DNA of 64,000 nt from Lama glama (GCA_028534125.1 CM052818.1:23004001-23068000); one strand, 5' to 3'; shown: positions 25,161 to 40,200, counted from the stretch's first letter. Translations and numbers: made by a program. The notes: generated by a model not told the origin, from the sequence alone.

Positions 25161-28100
25161 AAGGTTTCAAAATGTTGAGCTCACACCAATATATGTATAT
25201 TTTTATACATATACTACTATTCTAATATGAGCACAACAAGACATACATATTTAATATGTAAAAAGTAAAAACTTGAAAACTATGGAATAAAGATAAAATA
25301 AATGATATCTAAAATGTCTTGCTAATAGAGGTAGCTTCATACTTTCAGTAGTTTGTTTCTCTGTGTGTGCACTGGAAAATAGCATACTTATTTCTTCCAA
25401 GTGAAGCAAATATTTTAATCTCATGGTTGCAATTTTCTATATTACTTTCAAACAGTCCAATACATACCCTTATTATTCTAATAGGACTCAATATCCAATA
25501 CACTTATAATATTTAAATTTTACGCAGACCTGGAGAGGTGAATAATATTAAGACCTGGCAAATAAACTCCTTTTTGGTTTTGCAATCATTAATTAATATT
25601 TTAGGGCATAATATATATACTTAGGGTAAGGTTCAGACAAGCCACCTCAGTAATTTTGACTTTAGGGAGATGATTTATCAGATCTCATTAAATTCTGATA
25701 TTAAAACTCTAATGTGGTTGACAAAGAGCTTGAACTAAGAATAGAAGGATCAGCTGTGCCATTTTCTCATTTGTTCTCCTTTGCTTGACCTACTAACATT
25801 AAATCAATCGTTTCTTTGAAGAAATCTTTTAAAGTCACGTATCTATTTTAGGAGAATTAGATAACATGACAAATAAACATACTTAACAGCATACAGATAA
25901 ATGGCAACATACTGCAATACATGGAGAGTGTATGAAAGAGCTCCACTGTCAACCGCTGTGCAGTGTGGAACTCCCTCTCTTCCTCACATGATAGATGACT
26001 ATCTGACAGACTGAATGAGGGGGCATGTCAATTGTTCTATTCAATATTGGTAATGCATAATTTCTTTTATTTAAAGTTTAAAAAGTAAATTTAAAAATTC
26101 TAATGTTTTCTCCTGCACGAGTAAGAAATCATCTCACCCATCTCACTCTGAGAAACCGTTGTTGTGGAAGACAGCAGGAAGTGGCCAGATTAAAAATGCA
26201 ATTTAAGTGGCTTATCCCCCTAGTAACTAAATGAAACTTGAATTTAAGGCAAAGAGAAATGAGGCTAGAATCTGGGCAATAGATATGTGGCTGCCAAAAA
26301 TCACACAGGTCAGAGGTAATTGTAGTCTAAACAAGGCATTGGCAACATAAACAAAGGGGCAAAATAGATTACTGTCAGTGATGGAGCTAATTGATGGCTC
26401 TACCCTCAGCCTTCCCTTTATCTCAGTCAGCCTCTCTATCAAGACATCCAAAGAGTAACTTTCTTCAATCGACAAAAGTATATATTTGATATGGACAACT
26501 GATAGTTTTTCAATCATGTGTTGTATATTCATTATATGTAAATAAGATCATTTTTAGAGAACTCCGCTGCTTTGAATAATCTGTAACATATGGTATGAGT
26601 GAAAATACTGTGCTTATTATACAAATGTAGCTTCAAAACAAATCTTCATGAACACACACCCCCCAACAAATTGCTGCTCCTAAACCCTTCTTATATAGAA
26701 ATTTCAAAGAAGCTATTCTTGGCTGCAAAAGGGTTTCAAATGCTCCTGTACCAAAATAAAACAAAACCCCAAAGACATAAACAAATTTTTAATTTTTTAA
26801 AGCTTATGTTGAATGCAACGTGTCATTTTGTAATTTGTAAAAAGCTAAAAGAAAAATCAAATGTAAAAACTAAAGCACTCTAAAGATCTGCAGAACTTGG
26901 AAATTTATACGGCAGACCTTTTCAAAGACACCTGATATTTCCTTATGAAATATCTTCTTCAACTGATGCTGTTTCTGCAGTAATTAATCAATTCAAGGTC
27001 TACAACTAAACCTGTTCTTGGCTTCAGAATTCATTTGTTTCTATGTTCACTGTGAGTTCCTCACTGCCAAGTCATAACTGTTTAAATGATGTCAATGATA
27101 AACAAGGTAAATGCACTTCATTTAAATTTTTAGAAAAATGCACAACAGGCATTACTCAATTGCATTATACCTATATTAAAAGTTTTCACTGACTTTGGAA
27201 AAAAAAAAGGGGGGGGAAGTCACTACCATACTACTGGCTGAAATCCAATGCTCAAATATTTGTCAAACTAAAGCAGTCTCAAAATTTAATGGAGTACCCA
27301 TGTACACCTAGTATGGAATTTTACTGTGCTATCCAGACAGGAACCAAGTATGAAAGGCTGACACCAAAGTAATATGATGGGACAAACCTAATTCTCCTTT
27401 CCTCCACCCTTCTATCTCTTTTGTCGCACTCCGAAGGATCCATGTAAATGAGAGATCCAAGTAGTAATTCTCAAGTGTAGAATACATGGAATATCCTAGG
27501 GCCCACTTTGTAGAGAACGACGCAGTCTTCTAGGATCTCCCCAGATTTGACTCAGACCCATAATTTAATCCCAGGATCAATCTTACATTCTAGGAATTTT
27601 CCAAAAGTAAGATCATCAGACCCCAAATCAAATTCTCCATGTCTTCCCCAAAGTAAATCTACACACTCAAAAGTCAGATCAGATCCAGACCATTTTCTTG
27701 AGTGAGGCAATCTGCTATAACATTTGTTGATAGATCTGATACTTGGGCATGTGTTCTAAAGACAGTCCCAGCAATCAAGCAATGTAGTTCAAATTACCTA
27801 ACTTCTCATTAACACAACAAATATATCCACACACAAATATGACCAAATGTAGTGTATAAGCATATTTTAAGGATCCCTAGAGAGCATTTTTTTCATGGGG
27901 AGAAAGCTCTGTTGAGGTCTGTATTATGTAAATAGCAATTCAAGCACAGTGAAGCCTAAAAGGCAAGTGTTAGGTTTCAAGTATTTAAAGTTACTATATG
28001 AAAAACAGTAACCATCTGTTTCCTGAGAGGGCCAAACAAGATGAAATATGCTCAACATACAACATGAAGAATGTAGGTTAGACAATTTTTTTTTTAACAG

Positions 28101-28947
28101 TAAAGGTTAATTCTAGGAAGAATAAAATCTTGACAAATAAGAACTGCTTTCTCCGAGAAATCTGTTAATAAACTGCCTTGATGGGTTAAGTATAATATTT
28201 TATCACCGCAGGAGGATTTATAAATTATCTTCTACAAGACTCTGTTATCCCTAAAATTATAGAATTCAATTTGTTTGACTATCCCCCTCTAATTAATTAA
28301 TTATGCTGAAGCTAGGAGAAAAATTTTAAACTACCACTTATGGAAGTATACATTAGCAAGAGGGAGTGAACTGGTTACTGATTCTTAGAGTTCAGAGGAG
28401 TTCCACAACAGATAAGAATAAAATTCACTGGAAATATAATACACATATCTAGTCCTTGTACTTTGACACCAAAGGTATCTAATATGCTTTAACTTGCAGG
28501 TAGACTTTAAACAGGAAACTTACTCAGTCCAATTATGAGCATATTGATGAAAATTGAAAATTTACTCAACTGACAAAGTTGAAAATATAATTTTTTTTCT
28601 AACTATTTGCTCCTGATGCAGTTGCAAAATCAATTAGGACTGAAGTTCACTAAATTTCTTCTAACTTCTTTATTTCCTTGCCATTTCATCGATTTCAACT
28701 CTTAAGGCTGCGTGAGTCAGAAGGATGGGATAAACTTTGCATATAACCAATTTCAGACAACAAGCAATATTTCACTGGGTTCAACAGCTTTTCTCAATTG
28801 GAAAGCAAGTCAGTTGTCCAAAACTAGCATGGTTAAAAACAGTGATCCAGCCATTCAATGAAATATCAAACACTCAACTAATTATCAGGCTATAATATAA
28901 TAATCTAAAACTACTCATTGTTTAAAAACAAATTAAAAAACTGTATA

Positions 28948-29180
28948 GAGTTGACCCTTAAACAGCATGGGCTTGAACTGTGTGGATCTACCTATATAAG
29001 GATTTTTTCAATAAATACCTACTACAATGCTACATCGTTCGAGGTTGGCTGAATCCATGGATGCAGAACCTGAATGCAGAGGAACCACGATACAGAGGAC
29101 TTACTATAAAGTTACACACCCCGGTTTTTGACTCTGTGGAGGGTCAGTGCCCCTAACCCATGTTATTCAAGGGTCTACTG
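28948..29180. mobile_element. TcMar-Tigger (Tigger2-like) MITE
   Basis: TIRs gagttgacccttaaaca / tattcaagggtctactg flanked by TA dinucleotides. Confidence 0.85.
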
Positions 29181-29900
29181 TACAACACATTAGCAATAAT
29201 TATAAAAATACAAAAAATGGAAAAAGAACAGGAACACACTAATGAGAGTGGTTGTGCTTATCTTGGGATTGTGGATGGCTGTTTTCATTATTTAAAAAGA
29301 TGATTTCTTCTTTTCCTCCAAAGATCTTAATGAGACTCTCAGGCTGAAGAGTTATGAAAACCTAAACCAAAGTTTGGCTGAATACATGATGAATAAGGCA
29401 GGCTGAAAAGTTCCCAACAGGTAAGTTCTCAAAGAGAGAAGATACAGCAATAGAGATTCTTTGTATTTTCTATCCTCCAGGGTCAAAGGATCAGAAGGAA
29501 AAAGTAACTTATACCTACATCTGAATATCTGCATCTTTCAAATTCATCAGAAAATAAGACAGACTGATGATAGACAGACATGTGATAACCCAAGAACAGC
29601 AAAATATTAATTACAGAATCTAAATGGTGGTTATATAGGTGTTCTTTGTAAATTATTTCATTTTTTCTGTATATTAAATGTTTTTCATAATAAAACAAAA
29701 AAACTGTATCTGGGATAGACACATTTCTAGCAGAAAACGTAAATAAATTGCAGAGTACTCTGGAAGCTTTTATAGGGAAATAAAAATGTTAAGGTAGCTG
29801 AATTTTATGAAAATCAGTTTGGGTTATAGCATTTGAATACCAGTCTGTTAAAAAAATAAGTTTTATATATGCTATGTGCAGTGAACAGATTCTTAGATCC

Positions 29901-30550
29901 TGTAGTAGCATAGCTAGTCTCCAAAGGTGACGCCCACAATAAGCCACACCTCCCAGAATGGATGCCCTTGCAGAGCCCTCATCTTCGAATTTGGGCTGGC
30001 CCTGTGACTTGCTTTTTGACCAACAGAAGTTGCATAACTTTCAAGACTAGATATTAATAAGCCTTGCACATTCTAGACTCTAGTTTCCTTCTTCAGGAGT
30101 ACTGAGTTGTCACTTCAGAAGTCTAACGAGTCTGAGATACTATGCCAAAGAGGCCACATATATGTGCTTGGTTGGACAGTCTCAGCTAACCCAAGCCTGC
30201 CAGCCATTCAGATAAGTACCAGACATGTAAATGAAACTGTCTGACCTTCTGGTTGTATATCACCAAGTAACCTTTTTTTTTCTTATTGAGTTATAGTCAG
30301 TTTACAATGATGTGTCAATTTCTGGTGTACAGCACAATTTTTCAGTCATACACGAATATATACATATTCATTTTCATATTCTTTTTCACCGTGAGCTACT
30401 ACAAGAACCAAGTAACCTTAATGGGAAAGAACTGCCTAGTTAAGCTCTGCCCAAATTTCTGACCCACAATAATGTGAAATGTAACAACATGACTGTTGTT
30501 TTAAGCCGCAAAGTTTTAAGGGTGCTTTTTTAAAAGAAGAATACCTAAAT
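29901..30550 (+). mobile_element. MLT1-type MaLR solo LTR
   Basis: tgggctggccctgtgacttgctttttgaccaacagaa...tgcccaaatttctgacccac...tgttgttttaagcc motifs. Confidence 0.8.
30275..30406 (-). mobile_element. 5'-truncated lineage-specific L1 3' end nested in MLT1
   Basis: Poly-T followed by ttattgagttatagtcagtttacaat. Perfect 13-bp TSD accaagtaacctt at 30262-30274 and 30407-30419. Confidence 0.88.
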
Positions 30551-33500
30551 AAGGTACCTAAAACAGTAAATATAGTCCAAATTCTTCATTTTTAGAAAAT
30601 GATCCATTCTCAATGAACTGAAAAATAAAAAAGAAACCTGTAAACTCTAGGCTAAGTAAGTGAGAACAAAAACAAAGAATAGGGCTAGATAGAAATATCG
30701 CTGCCCAAACTATTCAAATATATAAATCCCACTGCATACTAAAAACTCAGCTAAGCAACAAACAGCAGAGCGTTTCTTAAACCATTAAATTTGTACATAC
30801 CGAGTGGTATTCATAGAAGAGAAAATGTGTTAGATGAAATTTTTGCTGTTTAAATTCATAGTGAATCCACTTTTTTTTGGTCAGTGATCTGTGACTTCCA
30901 TCTAAGTTGCTGCCTAAGTTAATTGAGAATGAACTGAATCTAAAATGCTAAAATGTTTTAAGCCTCTACAATTTAGTTTTCACTGACTTGCTGGGAAAAA
31001 GTTTAGAGATCAAAAATTTATATACATTATCCACCATTTAACACAATACTTGATAGAAGCAATAAAACAAAGTTCTATGACTATACATGTAATGGTGCAT
31101 GAAATGTTGATAGAATGAACATAAAAAATCCTACATATCCAGCTTGTAAGTTATAATTGTGTGAGGAAACTGTAAACTGATGTATCTAAATAACATTGTC
31201 ATTAATATCCTTAATTTTATACTAGTTTTTAGAAAACAAAAAAGTACCTGCTAAATAGTTGTAAAATATGAATTAAAACTACAATTCCTATATCTGTCCT
31301 AAAACTGAAAATTTAGTAGGTATTAAATTATTGCCTTTATTAATCTTTTATTTCTTTTATATGTATGCTTCTGGAGTTTTTTCATGCTATTAAAACAATA
31401 ATCAACTATTCCTTTCTTCCAGTAAAGGTAGCAGAGCAAGATTCAAATGGCTGCTGGGAAAAGAAAAATGGGAGACATTAAGCTTTTTAAGATGAAGCAC
31501 CCATTTGTAATTTGAAGGTTCATTTAAACAGTATATAAAGTGGAAAGATTCAATCCCTGAAGATTAAAAAACTATCAGAAGTTCTTAACATTAATGCAGT
31601 TCAGTTTATTTTTTTTCTTTATGATTCAACCAACGGAAAACTGGATAAATCAAAAGAACTCTACACAGCAATGAAAATGAGTAAACTATGCACTATGTTG
31701 ACACCTAAAACTTACATAGTACTGTAAATCAACTAAAACTCAATTAAAAAAATAAATTTAAAAAAAGATAGTGAACAAACTACAACTCTATTTATCTTGC
31801 AAATATAATGCTGAGGAAAAGAAGTCCGACAAAAGAATGATTTCAAAAACACCCAAAATTAATCTATGATGTTAGAAGTCAAGACAGTGGTTATCCTTAG
31901 ACAGGAGAAAAGAGGAGTGACTAGGCATCACCGAGGGGCTTCTGGGATTCTGGCAATGTTTTTGTGATCCAAGTTCTGTTTTGTTATGATCTGTGTACTT
32001 TTTCTATATGTATACCATACTTCAACTAAAAGCTTACACTAAGGCGGAGGGTGGCAAAGCTGTAAGATTTTAACTTTTTTACATCTGAAGCAGAGGTGTT
32101 CCTACTCTTCATTCTTATACTTTACGCTAGTATGTTCATTTGTTTGCAGAACGATGGCACAAGATGATATAATTATAGATGGTGGCTTGGAGATCACATA
32201 AGCCAAATGAGAATACAAAAACTGACTTCCAAGGTTACATAACATGGGGCCAGGACCAGGACTAGAACACAGGCCTCCAAACTCCTATTCCAGTGCTTTA
32301 CTACTACATAATACTCCCAAATCCTTTCTCTAGTAACTACTTTTAAAATATCTGCAGATATGCTTTCCTATTCCTAAGTCATGATCAATATACAATGATA
32401 TAATGATGCCCTAGAAGAAACACTGGAAAATGTTATGATGATACACAGAAATGTATGAAAGGGATAATATTTCACCTTACCATGGCACTGAATAATGTAC
32501 ATACAGGAAAAGTATATGTCAATGTCATGGCAAAATATCTTTTAATTGGATAGAAAAAAGTTTTAATGAGGAGAAAATTAAGACAGAATTTTAGCAGTGA
32601 CTTGGTGGAGAAGGGAAGCTTTCTAAAAACGACTGCCCCCCCCAATAGTCTCAAACATTTATAAAACATTCTGACTTAGAATAAAACTTAGTTACATAGC
32701 TAAGAATATTAACTGCAATCTTTTTTTTAATTTCCCTTCCTTAAAATGCTGAAGCAGTTAAATAAAAATTTTAAATGGATATTGAAAGGTAAATTTGGAA
32801 GTCTAATATTTAATTTAATTAATTAAAGGTGACTTTAAATATACACTAGTTCAAATTTCAACCATACAAACCATACATCACTTTGTAAGTAAAAAAAATG
32901 CAATTAGAAAGTTTTCATTAAGAAATTAAAACCAACAAAAACATTACAATCTTAATAGATGACCAAAATGGCACCAAAGTAGTCAAGTACCATGATGACG
33001 AAAGAAAGGCATTACAAGTTTACAAACCATTTTATGGGTTTAAGTGCTCTATTGCATGTCTGAGAAGAAAATATTACTGTTTGCTGCCAGTCTAAGTTTA
33101 TATCACCCACCAAAACAACGGGTAAATCTTATTCTAGTCAGAACACTGGCAACAGATTATGCAGTAACAGGAACAAAGTTATACAGTCTAAATTTCATTA
33201 TTTCAATGAAAAAGTATATCACTTTTCTGGAAGGACAGATTTCAATGTCTTTTATAACATTTTATTTGCAGATTTTAAATATCCAAGTCCTTTTAATAAT
33301 TAGAACAGACCCCTTTAGGCATGTCATACTTTAAAGCAGTGACTTTAAACTTCATTACAAAGGACAGAGGGAATTAATCCATTGGTTCAGATACTTTTAA
33401 ACTACTCCAGTATATATCCACCCAAGCCAATTTCTTCATTGTTCTACAGATAATGCTCATTTTCTGGTCTTAAAACAATTTGGCCCACCTCTCTATATCC

Positions 33501-33749
33501 TATCTTCAGGATCCACTACCTTATTGCCTCCAAGAAGTTCTTCCTTTCATTCTACTCAACACCGAACTCTTTCTTTCCTAAACTCTCATAAGCCTCACCT
33601 ATACCATTTAGTACTTTCTACCCAGCAATATATGATTGATTTTTCTCAACTGTGCTTATAGATTGTCAAGCAAATCCAACTGCAATATGTACTATATGGC
33701 CACTTACAGAAAAAGTTTGCCAGCCCCTGCCATACAGCAGATTAGATAA

Positions 33750-34010
33750 AAGATTAAGATTTAGGTATTGAAATCAGACCAACCTGGGTTCAAAATCTGT
33801 CTATGCCACTAGTTATGTAGCTTGTCCCATCATTTAATACTCTAAAACTCAGATTCTAATTTTTTTTAAGACAGACGATAGTATCTATCTCATAAGACTG
33901 TTGTGAGGATTAAAAAGGATAAACATATATAAAATGCTTAGCACTATACCTAATACATAGTAAGTACTAAATAAACATGAGACGATGTCATTGTATTTTT
34001 ATTATCATCA
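33750..34010 (+). mobile_element. MIR SINE
   Basis: cctgggttcaaaatc...gttgtgaggattaaa...tgcttagcac...catagtaagtactaaataaa. Confidence 0.8.
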
Positions 34011-34634
34011 TTATACAGTTACAGGGGAATCTCTCTCAAACTGTTGGGGTCCAGGATGTCTTACTCTATATGACACAAAAGTACAGTACCTGTCTCTCTT
34101 CTGATTTTTTTCCCCGCTCTGCCTCCAGGCAACTAAAACCCATATCAAAACATGTAGAAAAGGCCTTTATCAAATACAGGTGGCTATGAAGTTTGGAAAC
34201 AGTATTAATCTATGATACCAGATTTTATAGCCACCTCATACAATTGCTTCCATAGGCAATGAAACCACCTACTATTGTACTACAAATAAAATCTATATAA
34301 CATTCAACGGAACTCTGCTATATTAACTTTAATTACAGCTATGTCAAGACATTTGTTTGCTTAATAGTAACAAATCAAATTTATTGAAGTTCAGAAAAAT
34401 GATACTGTATATAATATAGATTCAAAATATTTTTATTTCAGATCCTATGATAAACAAAAAAGGGCTACCATAGATGGAAAGATAAATTATGTCCATTGGA
34501 GCATGAAGGAAAAAACAACCTTTACATGATATTTCCATAAATATCTTGTATTTATAACTTATATTTAAAGTTTTAAAGGTTTAATAAACAGTCTTAAGTT
34601 CAACTTCATACACCAAGTTAAAAACTGACATATA

Positions 34635-34825
34635 CTGAGCCTAGCTGTGTAATCCTTGGGCAAGTTACTTAACCTAAGCCTTAGTTTCCTCATCTATAAA
34701 ACGGAGATAATAATACTAACTCTTTCACAAGCTTATTGTGAGGATTAAATGAGTTAATACGTGTAAAGAACTTGGAATAGAACCTGATGCAGAGTGGTGC
34801 TCAATAAATGTTAGTTATTATTATT
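34635..34825 (+). mobile_element. MIR SINE
   Basis: ccttgggcaagttacttaacct...gtttcctcatctataaaacggagataataata...tgtgaggattaaatgag...ctcaataaatgttagttatt. Confidence 0.9.
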
Positions 34826-35739
34826 ACATATTCATTTAATTAGTTAGATTTTGATGGGAATGTTGTTAGTTTCTTGTTGGCATGCAGCCAAGAAAAACAT
34901 CCTGAAAATTAGCACAGGTCACAAAATCTTTAGAAATTGAATTCTATTGATGGAAATTAGAATAGAGGTATCTTTCATCTAAAAAGATTTTATTTACATG
35001 GACTTCAGACTTTAAACTAAGTCATAAATCTAAAGACTGTCATCTTCCAAACTTGGAAATTCTGGAAAGTACTATACCACTGCCTAGTTGCTGTTGCAGT
35101 CAACAATTAGAGGATGCAATTTACTTCATTTATCCGGGTCATCCCTAGGAGAATAAAGCAGCCAATCCACGGACAAGAGGCGGGGTGGCAAAGACCTGGC
35201 AAACTACACTGTGGTAGTTTGTGGGTGGGCCCTCATTTCCTGCCCGTTTCCTCTTTTCCCCACTGCAAAGCAGTGTAAATTTCAGTGCTTTACTATTTTC
35301 TCCCACAAAAATTCAACACAAGGCAAACCAATATTATCATACAAGAGACTGCAAAAATGTCTAAAAATGCCAGAAGAGATTTAAAACATCCGTTAGGTAT
35401 GAATTTAGAATTGTTAAGATGTTTAGAGCCAAACTGCTGAACTTGAGGATTACTGTCTCTACAAAGAAAATGATGAATCTGAATTAGTGCCACAATTTCT
35501 GAAACCACCTTTTCATCTAGAAAGCTCAAGCAAAAAAGATAGCTTTTGATCCCAATGACCAGTAAATAAGAATTCAACATATATTTGTTAAATGAGCTAA
35601 TTAATTTGCCTGATAACCACAAATTAACATTTATCCATATAAGCATTTACACTGAATTCACATAAAACTTCTTTCTGTAGCCATCTGTATAGCAAAGGCC
35701 ATAAGTAATTTTAAGGAATGAGAAGATATCCAAATACAA

Positions 35740-36600
35740 TGATCTTTATCTCCAATATTCAACTGAACAATCTACTTCTGTGACCACTCTACACCTTATC
35801 ATTCAAAAGAGTTACTTATCTGAAATCTTAAAACTCATGACTTTGATCTACAACCACCAGTTCTTATCCTTCAGCTCTTTCACACTTTTCCCCCATCACA
35901 CTTCACTCTTCAACTTCATGGAAACTTCTGGTGTTATGCTCCTTCATTTTCTCCCTAACTATCAGCCTGTTTTGGCTTCATTTCATTCCTTATCCAGCCT
36001 AGACTCCCAAGAGCTATCCTTTCAACCGTTACCTGTAGTTCACTACAATACCTCCAACTTTTGGCTCCTGGTTCTTCCCACACCATTCTCCTTCTTTCTC
36101 AAATCTTGTCCCCTACATTTACCAGACTACTGAGAGGGTAGAGGGGATGATATGCACCACAGAGGCCACCATAAAATCCATGGCTATCAAACTCATCTGT
36201 GTCTCTCTACATTTCCCAAGTAAACTCCCACTCCCATTAGCCTCAATAACTATTTCAAATCCTCGCAACTCTCTTCCAGCTTTCAACTCCACCACTTCTA
36301 CCTCATACTTACTCTCTGAATATGTCCTCACCTCTTCTTTTAAAGAGAAAATAGCAGCCGTCAGGTGGAAATCTCTCTCCCCAAATCAGCATCCTTACTT
36401 CCTTTTCTCATAACAAAGTGAAACAGCTGTCTCTTTGGTCAAATACTAATTCTTTCCCAGTGCTCCTCAGTACATCCCCTACTACTATCTGCAGAGAACT
36501 TAGGTCCATCACAACTGCATCAGACATGTGCTCCCCCTCACATCTGACCTATCTCCTGGTCATATGCCCTCAGCATACAAATATATTCACAACTTTATCA
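35740..36600 (+). mobile_element. L2 ORF remnant
   Basis: CT-rich, L2-like composition. This accounts for the spurious ORFs at 35780-36651. Confidence 0.55.
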
Positions 36601-39600
36601 ACTCAAATCTATGATTTCAAAATTTTTAGACAATTATACTACTCAACTTAATGAAAATAAAATATTCCATTTAAATGTAGTCAAAGTATGACATGAAGTA
36701 TGACCAATATTTAAATAATCATCAAAGATACATCTGTCTGCCATGAAAAAGGAAGAACAGACCCAGTAACATTTGGTTAATGAAATACTAGGTTCTACAG
36801 AGAATTCAGTTATTGAAAACTAATTAACTTTAATAACACTTGGTACAATAAAGATTGGAGAAAAAAATCTCCAATGACCTGATGTTACACTTCCGTCCAG
36901 GCTTCCTGTAGTAAATACGTAATGTTGCAATAAAGCTCCCTGAAAAATGAGTCATCTTGAACCAAACATAATCAACAAGATAATGATTAACCAAAGGCTG
37001 GCACAAATCCTACCAGAATAATATAATTCAAATTCAGTCTCTTAGAAGATAACTCATGCTTAATGCTGATATCTTAGAAATGTAAGCCAGTGATGGGGCT
37101 ATATAATATGTCTATATATTGACACAAGCATATGCAGAAATACATTTAAAATATTCCCATCTTAAGTTTTTATAATTATCATCATTTAGCTACGAAACCT
37201 AACAACAAATGGACTTTACAGTGTCATGTCTCTGCTCTGGAAAATTATTTCCTAATGCATTTCTGCTTATTTTAGTAAGGCATAAAAACTGAGCATGTCA
37301 CATTAGGCACTATATTACTATGAATACTGTATCCTTAAAAATGTAATATACTGTCTTTCACACAAAATTTAATTAGTGAAATATCATGTAGGGCATAAGC
37401 TCTAATGTTTTATCCAGCAGCACAATGCAGTTAGCCTATACCCTCTTTCTTCAGAACAATACAAATCCATCAAATGGCTAACGCAGGATAGGAATATATC
37501 TATGGCCAAGTTAACTGGAACCTGAAGGAATGAACCTGTAATACTGACCTCAGAAGCACAGTTTCTATAAGCAATGAGCTAGCTAACCATGTAACTACTT
37601 GGAGAATTATTATATAATGTCACATTCAAACTAATAGAAAAGTAAACCAAGGTCTTTAACAAACAATGAGTGCTGTTTGTTATTGTTCATAAGGAAAAAA
37701 TGACCTTTATCCCTTATCTCATACCAGATACACAAATTAATTTGAAGCATAACTAATCATAGACCTAAAGTAAAAGCACTAGCCAAAGAGAAGCAATGAT
37801 GAATCAGAAACTTCACCAAAAATTTAAAACTTCCTACTTATCAAAAGACACCATTAAGAAAATATGCAAGCTATATGTGGAGAGAAACAGTAACAGCACA
37901 TATAGCTGACAAAGTACCTATATTCAGAATGTGTACGTATAACAAATCCACATTAAAATATACATAATCCAGTAGGAAAAATTGTGAAATGAAAATAAAT
38001 AAAATAATTGATATATAGAAAAATATGTTTTGTCTAATCTTATTTAAAAGGACTTAATTTTCTTCACCAGATATTGTAGGATATTCCAGTTTTAAATACA
38101 CCATTAACATTAGAAATGGAAAGTTTATGATAACCATCTTTTTAATGTATTTTTATACATACGCTATAAAAATACATTACAAAAATTATTTAAAATAAGC
38201 AAAATATGAATTGCCCTAAAAATGGTAAAAAGGAAATCTTACAACCATCTGACAATAAAGTAAGATCAACACATTTGAAGATAAGTATGCATATAACTCT
38301 TAACAAATAACAAAAATGAAAAAACTAAAGCAAAGCATATAAAAATATTTGAGAAATGTGAAATGAAAATAGGCCAAAACTTAAAAGAATTTAAATCCTT
38401 TTAGACCTCATTATAATATTAGATTGGGTTTGGCTCTAAGAAATAAAATTTCAACAGTGATTTCTTCACTAGGAAATGTTTCCACTGTCACTCTAAACAA
38501 TTACACAACAGACATAATTCTAAATGCTCTTCCTCTTTTAATTCTTCATCCTCAAACCACCTTTTATTAATTTTTCCTTCAGTACAATAAACTGTCTGCA
38601 CATTATATAGTATTTACTATGAGGTATGTTATGATGTAGCTAAAGACCAATGTGCAGCTAATGGCTCCAACCAGCCAGACATGTCAATTTCTATAGCCTC
38701 CCAGCCATGCTCTCCACCATCTCAGAGCCTGCAAAGCAATTTCACTACTGTTGGGTTTCACTTATCACTCCTTTAGATTAGCAAAACCCTGACTGCTTTG
38801 TACAGATGTACCAAGAATCTCAGGGTCTCCTGGTAAGGACTGGAGAAAACTGAAAATGATGATAGTGGAATCAATTATTCTCAGAACTCTGAAACAACAG
38901 CAACTGCCTTCTGGGCTTTTGAATTCTAGTGGAAACCAATTATTCTAGCAAAATATACTCATAATTTAAAGCTTGAAGTTTCCAAACGATCCTCACTCAT
39001 TTCTCATCCAACCCTTCACGCTGTTATAAAAGTGATGAGAGGACCATGATCTTTGCCATAAAACAGCTTATTAGTATTTGAGAGATTGAAGTGGTCAGGA
39101 AATTGGAAAGAGACATTCAAAACTAGATATTTTTTTCAAATTCACTTTGAGGTAGTGATAAAACATAAACAGTTAAGTGGCAATGAAAACTAGAGTGAAG
39201 GAAAGAGAACTGTGATACAAACAGGCAAATGAAAAGAACATACAATTAAATCAATAAATAAACAATGATTGTAAATAGACACAATTTGGCATGGCTGTCC
39301 AATTCATAATTCCCCCAGGTGGCCATGTGTGCTACCCTTTCCCTTCATTTGAGAAACTACTCAACCCTTCTCCTATGATTCTAAATACCGGTTCCAAATG
39401 AGAACTGTTACCTTCCTTCAGGACTCCTCCTACACACAACGATCAGTAGTAAGATAAAAAATTTGTGGTAAGCAGGACAAAAGTCCTGTCCTTGGATTTT
39501 TCAAACTAGTGCTAAGGGAAGGAAGCTCTGAGGATGCAGTTCCAGAGCTACGGGGATGACCCTTGCTGCTGCTGAAAGCTTATTTCAAAGAACAAAACCA

Positions 39601-39926
39601 AAATGTATAGAGAAGTAGAGGTAAAAGGCAGAGAATTCCAATGATAATGTACATCCTTGCCCTCAATTATGTAAGTAACCTGTATTTTATTTTATGTGAA
39701 GTCCAGTAAGTATTTCCCACAGTTACTGTAAGGATTAAAAGAAATAACATAAAGGCACTTCATAAACTCTGTTTATTAGGGCTTATTCAGATTATTTAGC
39801 AAATGTAATCATTTTGGTTTTCAATAAAACTGAAATTGGACACATTTATACATATATTAAATAGAAAACATAGGTAATGAAACTCTATGTAAGATATTAC
39901 TGCAATCGCAAAACAAATGCATAAGA

Positions 39927-40200
39927 CAAGGGGTCAGCAAACTACAGCTGGACAGCCAAATCTGGTCTGCCAACGGATTTTCTATAGTCTGTGAGCTAAA
40001 AATAATTTTTACATTTTTAATTGTTTGGGAAAAATCAACACAGGAATATTTTGCAAAATTCAATGAAATCTATGTTTCAATGTCCATAAATAAAGTTTTA
40101 TTGGAATACAAGCACACCCATTTATTACATATTGTCCATGGCTGCTTTCATGCTACAACAAAGTTGAGTAGCTGCCATTAGAGAAAGTGTGCCAACCCCT
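39927..40200. mobile_element. MER58B-like hAT-Charlie MITE (opposite orientation)
   Basis: caaggggtcagcaaactac...aataaagttttattggaa...tgccaacccct. Confidence 0.8.

Noticed and set aside
35780..36651. Cluster of four ORFs
   Set aside because: They fall in a pyrimidine-rich L2 remnant and are not a host gene.
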